A stretch of 63,977 nucleotides of DNA, the filler included, from Intoshia linei (Eukaryota; Animalia; Orthonectida), in assembly GCA_001642005.1 (NCBI GenBank). It is 12 parts of 12 records of this genome, joined end to end, with 100 filler letters (N's around TTAATTAATTAA, not from the genome) between each part and the next. Parts side by side here need not be neighbours in the genome. Positions count along the whole stretch, not along the records: positions 52,980 to 58,355 come from LWCA01001780.1; positions 58,456 to 59,726 come from LWCA01002700.1; positions 59,827 to 61,630 come from LWCA01002505.1; positions 61,731 to 62,848 come from LWCA01002777.1; positions 62,949 to 63,977 come from LWCA01002842.1; 7 more parts are not named here. One strand, written 5' to 3'. The notes below the pieces were generated by a model. It did no database searches. It saw only the letters and a list, made by a program, of their open reading frames with translations, and was not told the origin of the DNA. Below, piece by piece: positions 54,549 to 63,977 of the stretch (its first letter is position 1; the number at the start of each line of letters is the position of its first letter). The translations under genes and the position numbers were made by a program.

Positions 54549-57500
54549 TGTATTCTTATGGACCATCACAACGAAAATGAGTTAATTTCTACTCTTGTCG
54601 ATGACGTTTTTTATAATATTAAAAATTCGATGAAGTAAGCATTTTTTATGGTTTTACAAAAATGATAGAATTATCTAATTATGACACTAGACCAGCGGTT
54701 CTCAACCTGTTGTATAAAATTTAGATTGAAAATTTAAGTTAAATTTGTGACGATATTGAGAAGCCTCACTGTATTTTTATATGGAATCCATATTATGGAT
54801 ATATGTGAATATTTAATTATTGCGATTATTATTATTGACTATTAATAATATTAATATTAAATATCAATTAGCGAATATTAAATATTTATGGACTTATTAT
54901 GTTACGATTTGACATATCCCAACTTTTGTTGATTTTAAAATTCAGAAGAAATGTTACATTAAATGGATGCAAATGTAAATACGAAATTAACAAAATGAAA
55001 AGTGCGGTTGGATGATTTTGTTAAAATAAAGCAAAAAATAAATTTTGTAGACAAATTAATAAAATATAATACATGTATATAACTATTACCGTATCGTTAC
55101 ATTTCATTATTTTTATTAAGTTTCATATATTTGTTATGTAATGAAAAAATTGAAATTTTAAATAATATTGTATATGTAAAATCATAATAATAATAATAAA
55201 TTTAATAAAAATAAATATTTGTTCCCCAGTTACATTTTAAAACTATGCTCTAATATTTCATAGACGGACTAAGATTACTAGTCGCAAGATACTGAAAAAT
55301 ACTTAAACTAATTTAATATTTTTATTTTTAAACTATTATACCTTTTTTTCTAGTTAAATTTCAAGTGCAGATAAAATCCATTATTTTTGCAAGCTTAGAA
55401 TGATTTTAGATTAATCAATATTTTTATTTTAGACGAATCATTTTAACAAAGAACACTAACATCATTTGTGCCATGGTCAATAATTTAATTTCCATTCTGC
55501 TGGATGAAAAATCTTTAATATATACATTTGATTTGTATGTTAGAAATTGCTTTGGTGACGAAAATGGAATGATTGACGTTGATAAAGAAGTTTCCATCGA
55601 AGAAAAGGACATGTTATGTACTATACAATCTGAAATTCAAAATTTATCAAAGTATACTCATTTAAGAGATAATATTGAGGCAAATGATGAAAAATCCAAT
55701 ATTCTTACTATTCGATCTATTTTTTTGGTTTGCTATATATATTTTGAAAATTGATTAACCCATTGAGACTCTGACGAATTGTTTTATGAAGCAAAATATT
55801 GAGTATTAAAATGATGTATGCGGTGTGACCGTGACCGATGACATGTCAATGTCTAAATGATTTTTTTTAAATGTTGCTTGAACAAAAGATTTATTTTTAT
55901 CGACAACTAGCTTGACTGTTATGTACTTCGTACAAACACGACCTTTTTTAATTATACCAAAAAAATAAATAAAATATAATCTTACATAAAAATGCTATTC
56001 ACTATTACAATCATTTAACGGAGTGGTTTCCAAGTCTGTTTCACCATGAACTGGCCATTTAAAATGAATTATTCCCGTTGAATTATATTTTGCTTAAATT
56101 TGTGTAATGACATTTAAAAACAATTAACATTTAAAAACATAAGAGAAAATAAGTGTATAATCTCAAGTTTAGATGAATTATTTAGATTCTAAAGGAACAG
56201 GCACAAAATTATTAATTTTAAACGCAATGATTTAAAATAATTATTTAGATATTTTTAAACAATATGGATGTGGCTAAGCAAAATATTGATTCTCTCGCGA
56301 AATTTATTAGTGTATTTTATTCATTGATTTTATTTTTACTTTTCGAATAAAGAGTTCTTTGTTTAGAAAACATATAATGAATCCGTTATATCTGAAAACG
56401 ATTACACTAATAAAAAATTGGAAGTAATTTTTTTTTAATGTATATTTGTATTCATTTTTAGTGTTGTATTTTGTCATTAACTAATGTGAAAGAAGAAATT
56501 GATATATTTATTAGACGAATATACAAAAAATTGTACGATTCTTTTATTTGCCCAATATTCTCCAACTTTTTTATTCCTTTTTCAACTATTGACCATTCTA
56601 TTGAATCGACTGATGTATGATGTGTATTTAATTTTTTAATTCTAATTTTAGTATAAATTACACTCTTGCTGGTTGGAAAGGTTAGTTGATAAAATTGAAG
56701 AAATATTTTTTAGTTTTAAGGTGTTATTTAAAATTTTAAATTCTATTCTTTATTTAGCAAGTTTTGACTCCTCGTAATGGAAATATTTTTTTAATTAATT
56801 TGATTGCTGCCCTATCTAATCACTTGTCCAAAATTATTTACAATAAGAAATTTAGCAAGGTATATTTATTCTTTTTTGTTTATAAAATTATTTCAGTGAT
56901 ATTTTAGTCAATGAGCTCCATAGTACATACTAATGTACGAACTTTGATGCAATATTTCGATTCCTTGACTGATATGAGTATCAAGAAGCATTATTTGAAT
57001 TTGAAAAACTTGGTTACTATATTATCTCTTGAAAACGTACGTTTTATGAATTTTAATCTTTTTTATGATTCAAAGTGTGGTTTTTAAACTTGTATGAAAT
57101 ATGAAATAGTCAATTATGAAAATTCTTTTTCACAAATTTGATATAATTTTGATAATTTGGTGAAATAGAAAAAATATAACCATATACACCGTATATTATA
57201 TTCATTTTATTAGAAAATTTTTTACTTGTCAAAAAAATAAAATTTAATGTAATAAACCAATAAAATGGTTAAAATTGGATATACCATTATATATACTTTT
57301 CCAGTTGAATAAAGTTCAGTTTTAGTTTATACTGACCGTTTTTATATGATAAAATTCAAATGAAAAACGGAACTAGAATAGATTAGCGTTAAATCTTTTT
57401 TATAGCGAAATAGTTTTTCTATTTTAAAAATACACACATTTATTGTTAATTGTCCATCAAATGCTGAAAATTTTCTAAACAAATGTGACACCCTAATTTT

Positions 57501-57793
57501 TATTTTATTCAATATTTTTCATTTCGACCACCTAGAATTTTCTGTGGAACACTGAGAACCACTGGTCGACACCTTATTTGATTTAATTTAAAAAATCTGA
57601 TGTTAATATTAATTTCTAATTAATTAAAATTAATTTAAAGGAATTGGTGAAGGTTTGAACACTACTCTTAAGTTTTTAGTTGATTAGTATACTTGTTCAT
57701 TTAGATTAGATCCACAAATGCTGAATTTATAGAAGATGTTATATATGATGGAGTTTATACAGCATCTGAAATTAAACAAATTCTTTTATTAAG
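54549..57793 (+). CDS. COG4: COG complex subunit 4, C-terminal exons (both ends incomplete)
   Basis: ELISTLVDDVFYNIKNSMKRII..IICAMVN (cf. [27 protein letters not shown]); WLERLV..FKQVLTP; VRTLMQYF..TILSLEN; TASEIKQILLLR (cf. TPAEVRQVLALR). Seven in-phase GT-AG exons. Confidence 0.85.
55907..56130 (-). mobile_element. Helitron-like 3' segment inside a COG4 intron
   Basis: Hairpin + CTAG|T terminus at 55907. Confidence 0.6.
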
Positions 57794-57902
57794 GTATATT
57801 TTTTTTATTTTTTGGATTTGCAATGTTTTAGGTCACTTAAAAAATTTTTATTCATATTTTAATTTTTATTTTGGTTTATCAATAACTCATAAATACTAAT
57901 AA

Positions 57903-58355
57903 TCCTAACTTATATAAAATGCGACGCGATTTTTGTTTGTGTGTGTGTTCAGCTTTATTTAAATAACTACTCATCTTAGAATTTTTTAAAGACCACATTT
58001 CAATTACAGTTTTTTTCGAGACGTATATTAAGATATATTTCAACCTTTTAATTTCACATCTTAATGGTCAAAAACCCCTGTTGTCCCTCTTTTTAAAAAT
58101 TAAACGAGTTGGAGAATTTAAAAAAATATATACGCTGATGCGGATTTTAAAATCCTAAACATTATCATAAATTTATATTTAAAAAAATTATATCTTCATG
58201 GCCAAAACCCAAAATTCCCTTCCTTTTTTTTTGAAAACAGGCCTGGAATTTCAAAAAATTTACAGATTGGTAGAGTTGTATCATATTAACACACATAAAA
58301 CATTTCAATCCCAATAAGTGACGACTTCACGGTCAAAAAAGCATTTTAGTATTCA
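57903..58355 (+). mobile_element. Helitron-like copy, 5' end to spacer
   Basis: A|TCCTAACTTATATAAAATGCGACGCG start plus family body. Confidence 0.7.
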
Positions 58356-58455
58356 NNNNNNNNNNNNNNNNNNNNNNNNNNNNNNNNNNNNNNNNNNNNT
58401 TAATTAATTAANNNNNNNNNNNNNNNNNNNNNNNNNNNNNNNNNNNNNNNNNNNN

Positions 58456-58513
58456 TAAAGCGTTTCTAATCAATTGTATCAATAAAAACGACATAACTTT
58501 GTGAATCACTTAA
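58456..58513. mobile_element. Terminus (TIR) of the same mariner family as 34018-34689
   Basis: Near-identical to 34631-34689, followed by TA. Confidence 0.8.
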
Positions 58514-58705
58514 TATTAAAGAGAATTTGGTCATCATTTTTATTAGAATATTCTAAAAAGGGGGCGTTCATTTCAGGACTTTTTTTTCGAATTTAAGTTT
58601 CAAATTTGTTTTTATCATTTTTTTTATGAACACATTCACATTTTCTGGATGAATTTTAACATACATTTTAAGAGTCCCATTAATTATAAATTAACAAAAA
58701 TGTAG

Positions 58706-59159
58706 ACTTGTGTGCCTATATTCTTCAATGATATCATTGAATTTGGATCACATGGATTAGACTTGTACTCTCAAGATTATTTCGATGCCGATCTCATATT
58801 ATTATCAAATGGTAATTGGTTATCATGTAGTATTAATATTTTAATATATACGACGTATATAAAATGTCTTTGTTTTTACATAATAATTTAGATTTCCCAA
58901 TGGATATCACCACTTTTGATTGGATCAATCCAATTGTAACAACCATAAAAAATTTAGTTTTATATGTATTAAAACAACACCACAAATCTGTGAATATCAT
59001 CAATGATAATGAAAAATCTACATGGATTCAAATAAATTTCAAAAGAAACGTAAATATTGACATTTTATTTTCACACAATTGGAATTGTTATGATGATAAA
59101 TATGAAAAATATTACAATTTATGTAAAGAACATTATCAGGAACATACAATTATTCAAAG
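58706..59159 (+). CDS. Pol-beta-superfamily nucleotidyltransferase, probably 2'-5' oligoadenylate-synthetase-like; internal exons 58706-58811 and 58892-59159
   Basis: Spliced peptide IIEFGSHGLDLYSQDYFDADLILLSN|DFP..WIQINFKRNVNIDILFSHNW..YEKYYNL has hGS-x11-DhDh plus a third Asp. 80-nt GT-AG intron in phase. Confidence 0.7.
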
Positions 59160-59301
59160 GTATATAATTTTTACTGTAATATTAAAATATACATTACATC
59201 TATATTGAATTATATATTTAGTTTTTATTATTTACTTATTTTGCAAAATGTATCACTAAACAATTTCACGGGTCACGCTTTGGACCACCCTTACTACATT
59301 A

Positions 59302-59726
59302 TCCTTCCTTACTTATATAATATGCTGTGCAATATTTTCTTGTGTGTGTTACCGTTTATTTCAATAACTACCAGTCTTACAATGTTATAAAGTCCACATT
59401 TCAATTACAGTTTTTCCGGGTGTTAACAAAATAAAAGTAAACATTCCAAACTCAGATCTTACGGGTCACAAAGTCCAATTATCCTTTTTATGAAAATCAA
59501 ACAAGTTCGAGAATTTAAAAAAATATTATAATATGATACGCATTTTAAAATCATAAATATTATTATAAATTTAAGTTTAAAAAAAATATATCTTCATAGC
59601 CAAAACCACAAATTAATCTTTTTTTAATAAAAACAGCCCTAGAATTTAAAAAAATTTAGAGGTGGTACAGTTTATCCTGTTAACACACACAAAAAATTTC
59701 AATCCGAATAAGTGACGACTTTACGG
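59302..59726 (+). mobile_element. Helitron-like copy, 5' end to spacer
   Basis: Diverged family 5' end and body. Confidence 0.65.
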
Positions 59727-59826
59727 NNNNNNNNNNNNNNNNNNNNNNNNNNNNNNNNNNNNNNNNNNNNTTAATTAATTAANNNNNNNNNNNNNNNNNN
59801 NNNNNNNNNNNNNNNNNNNNNNNNNN

Positions 59827-60676
59827 AATTATAAAGTGTTTTGCCCACAAGTTGTTTAAATTTTTTTTGCATTATTTTTTCAGATATTATAAAATTTAAC
59901 CCTTTTTTTATCGTACTAAAGTGTAATTTTGTATTTTCTTAAAAAAATGCAACATTGCACACCTCTAATATCAATAGTCCGAATATTTTTTAGAAATTTT
60001 TTTATAACTTTTATTCAAATATTTTGTTATTTATANNNNNNNNNNNNNNNNNNNNNTTCTAAAACATATTGATAAATAGTTTATTATCTAAATTTGCATT
60101 GGTTGATGTATCAAAATTAATTTCATATTAGTTACTATTCACCTATTTANGTTGGTGATCGAGTTGCGCACTGCAAATAAATATTTTTCTAAAACATATT
60201 GATAAATAGTTTATCTAAATTTGCATTGGTTGATGTATCAAAATTAATTTCATATTAGTTACTATTCACCTATTTACTTATGAAAAGTTTAAAAGATGCG
60301 CAATCAAACACTCTACCGACGCATAAATGCTGATTTAATAATAATTTTAATTTTAATGAAAAACTTTAATATAACCAATTTTTTGAAAATAAATAATTAA
60401 TTGTTATAAGTTCATTCATAACTGAAATTTACTACATAAAATTATATCATATTATTTCAATTATTCTAATTATAAAGTGTTTTGCCCACAAGTTGTTTAA
60501 ATTTTTTTTGCATTATTTTTTTAAATATTATAGAATTTAACCCTTTTTTTATCATACTCAAGTGTAATTTTGTATTTTCTTAAAAAAATGCAACATTGCA
60601 CACTTTTAATATTAGTAGTCCCAATATTTTTTAGAAATTTTTTTATAACTTTTATTCAAATATTTTGTTATTTATA
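59827..60676. repeat. Tandem duplication (59827-60035 vs 60467-60676; 60057-60148 vs about 60187-60275)
   Basis: Near-identical direct copies adjacent to N runs. Confidence 0.8.
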
Positions 60677-61100
60677 ATGTGAATAAAATTCATTACCTAC
60701 AAATACGGTTAATAATACCTTTATTAAAACAGGTTTATTATAATATGCATTTGCAAAATAATAAAGACGATTATCTCATTTATTGTAAACTAAAATTAAA
60801 AAAATAGTTGTTTTGATATGTATTAATTTATTATTAACAAAATTTAAGATTCTTTATAAAAAATGTTTTGATTGCTTAAAAAGTTACATTTATTATAAAA
60901 ATCATGTAGGTTAATTACACTATATTTTTTTTAGTTAAACATTGTAGAAAATATCACTCAAATAATATTCATGTATGTGTTCAATGTAAATTGGGATATT
61001 TATTAAATCAATCAAAAACTGAATGTAACGGTAAAAATTAATATATTTTAACTATTTAACAAAGTAGTAAAAAGCAAATAAATTATTTAATTAACATCAT

Positions 61101-61630
61101 ACTTTTGAATATGTTAAAATTTTAACTTTAATTTAATAATTAGTATATTTAAATATAATCTCTCCTTACTATAACAATTTTTTTAATAATATAACGACTG
61201 AGTTTAGTAACATTAAGCTATTATTAGTAACTTTTAAAAAATATGATATGTAGACGAGACATGACTAATTCAAAAATAAGTTAATTATAAATGTTTGTAT
61301 GTTAAAACAATGAGAAAATAAATATGAAATAGTGTAGTAATTTTAAAATTAGTGGAAATGCTAAGACATACGCAATAATTTAAAAGCTTTATTTTATAGA
61401 TATAATATATAGTTATAACATATTTGTTGCAATAAATTTGCCATTTAAATATATCACTTTTAAAAACATCCCATATTTCTGTCATCATCTTTATTATTTA
61501 ATGTTCAAAATTTAGCATACATTTTTTGCTTTTTTTATAAATATCTTTGAATGTATGTCTAATTTAGCAGAGCTGGAAGTATTATCACGTTTTAAAACAT
61601 TCTTACTATATAAAACAATAAAGTCTAGAT
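61101..61630 (-). repeat. Second copy of the 35161-35671 gene-like segment
   Basis: Collinear similarity with substitutions and small indels. Confidence 0.8.
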
Positions 61631-62434
61631 NNNNNNNNNNNNNNNNNNNNNNNNNNNNNNNNNNNNNNNNNNNNTTAATTAATTAANNNNNNNNNNNNNN
61701 NNNNNNNNNNNNNNNNNNNNNNNNNNNNNNGTTAAGTAGTATGCTCCAGTTTGATTCACCACTGATCAGATTTGCATCATTTTCATTGTTGAATTTGTCG
61801 TTTAAAGTTGATATTACTTTGTTTTGAATATTATCAACAAATGTAACTGATCACTATATTCATCGCGTATTATAAACGCGAAATAACTAAATATAAATTA
61901 ATTAAAAGTTGGCTTGTCATTATGTTTATTACGATTAAACTGAAAAACAATCTCCAAGACTGATTGTTCCAATTAACACATAGTTAATGGTTATTTGGAT
62001 TAATTAATTGGAAAGTTATGCTATAGGGTTTTCACATCTATCAAGTATTTGACATAAATCAATACGCGTTGATTATATACAATTATCAAACGTGTAAAAG
62101 AAAAACGAAAATAAAATAATTTAGATCAAATCATTACAAACAACTCAAATATATTGTTGAATATATCAGTTAAATGAAGCAGTAATAATGTACTACATGT
62201 ATAAATAAAATGCATTGTAATACCATTACATCCAAGTATTCAATAATATTGTTTTTGAATGAGATATTTTGATAATTCTTAATCAAAATTCTAGATTTGG
62301 AGATTTTTAGATTTTGAGACTAATTTTTAATCAGGTACACTGCAGAAGGTTAATGCTAAATGAACTAAATATTGAAACTAAACTGATAAAACTTTATTTT
62401 GACATTTAATTATTTTAAAAAGAGAAACTTTGTA

Positions 62435-62582
62435 ATGTTGGGTAAATTTAAATTTAATATTTTATTTACATAAAATTAAAAATGGATAAAATTTTCAGGT
62501 GATATCATTTCAATTAAGGCAAGACAAATTTTCGATAGTCGCGGAAATCCTACAGTAGAGGTTGATTTGCGAACAAAGGATG
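62435..62582 (+). CDS. ENO: Enolase, first two coding exons (62435-62441, 62499-62582)
   Basis: ML|[28 protein letters not shown]|G, the enolase N-terminal signature; the rest is lost at the spacer. Confidence 0.9.
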
Positions 62583-63977
62583 GTAATATATTTTTTGATT
62601 GATTTTAAATCAATGATTTATAACAGTATGAATCATTTAGTATAAATTTATTTTCAATTGAATTAAACATTTATTTATACACGTTTTGTTATCAAAAGAT
62701 ATACACATTTCTCAAAATTTGAATGTTGTTATGCGTGTGTCATCTTTGGAATTGCTTAGGGAAATAAATAATTCCATCCTATTAAATAAAGTGACCAGAA
62801 AAATACGTACTATCACTTTTAGTTTATTTGGAATAAAATTTAAGCCGANNNNNNNNNNNNNNNNNNNNNNNNNNNNNNNNNNNNNNNNNNNNTTAATTAA
62901 TTAANNNNNNNNNNNNNNNNNNNNNNNNNNNNNNNNNNNNNNNNNNNNGAGTAAACACTAAAATTTGTATTAAATACTACAATAAAAATACTATAATGTA
63001 AATTGTACAATGTACATTATTTTAATAATACACCAATCCTATTGTAACCTCACTTGTTCTTATATAGGTTAGCCACCCAAACGAACATATTCATTATTTT
63101 AATGGGAATATATACAGACATAATAATAAATTAAATTTAGAGTCCAAAAATGTTCCAGCCCCAACTAATAAATATTTTTATTTTTATTATTTTGACTACA
63201 ATTTATTTCGACTTAAAAAAATATATCAAATTTAGCACCGGCAGCGGTTCCAGGATAATTTAAAGTTTTTCCAAATTAGATAAAAATGTGCAAAGATGCT
63301 TGCCATTTTAAAGATCCAATACAAAAATTAAAATATAACTTTATTTAAACATATGTTACCATAGAATGTCATATCTATGATATGAATTGTCTTGAGTTGA
63401 TCACCACGTTTGGTTATTCACTTTGTATGTTTAAATTTTATTCTACCTCAATTACTTTTTATTTTATCAATGTTTAAAGTTCTTATAATACTTTTTTAAA
63501 TATTTGGCGAGCACACAAAAAATTTTAAAAGGGCACAGGTTGAGAATCATTGCTATAATAAATATAAGAAAATATATTATAATTTGTTTAACATGTAAAG
63601 TCGCAATGTTCGTCTTACAAGATATTCAGATTATGCAGAAATTGTTTTTTACATAATTTTTTATATAAAGTTATTGTATTGTTATTATAAATTAGAAAAT
63701 GTTATAAAAATTAGAAGTGACTATTATTAATATTTATAACAGTGCAATTTAGACAACGCTATGAAGTCATATGGTAATTTTTTCGTTTTTATACACAGTG
63801 ATTTCTCACTATTCTATACGACAATAATTATTTTCGCTCAGTCGATAATATTGAAATATTTTATTGTTGATGGATTTAGAAGATAGAATAAATAATGATG
63901 TTGATGAAAATGAAGGTATATTTTTAATAATATTAACTCATATTGATATATAATTTTTCATGACATTATTATATTAT

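Noticed and set aside
47865-54549. 47.9-50.7 kb exons as the COG4 N-terminus
   Set aside because: No resemblance to COG4 upstream sequence; separated by a spacer.
57705-58811. COG4-NTase fusion
   Set aside because: Phase-2 donor versus phase-0 acceptor, and an artificial spacer lies between them.
63870-63916. Possible first exon MDLEDRINNDVDENE
   Set aside because: Too short at the window edge to support.

Overview
This is AT-rich animal (metazoan) genomic DNA with many tiny GT-AG introns (most 31-57 nt). That profile fits a compact parasite genome such as the orthonectid Intoshia, which is an inference only. The window is not one locus: eleven identical 100-nt spacers (44 N + TTAATTAATTAA + 44 N, stops in all six frames) split it into 12 pieces whose adjacency cannot be trusted. 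Genes reconstructed by hand from exons: UBL5/Hub1 (exon 1 missing), a Nanchung/OCR-type TRPV channel, GOSR1, SPEN (RRMs + SPOC), eRF3 (3' end missing), phosphoglucomutase, the afadin/canoe C-terminus, the COG4 C-terminal half, the enolase 5' end, and two exons of a Pol-beta-family nucleotidyltransferase most like invertebrate 2'-5' oligoadenylate synthetase. Mobile DNA includes three decayed Ty3/Gypsy pieces, mariner, Tc1, two CGGBP1-like hAT copies, several MITEs and an abundant non-autonomous Helitron-like family. Top leads: (1) an intronless ORF at the left edge, absent from the ORF track, that fuses an RRM directly to a retroviral-type aspartic protease with no gag, apparently inside UBL5 intron 1; (2) the spliced OAS-like NTase; (3) probable Helitron capture of a gene fragment; (4) extremely tight same-strand gene packing.
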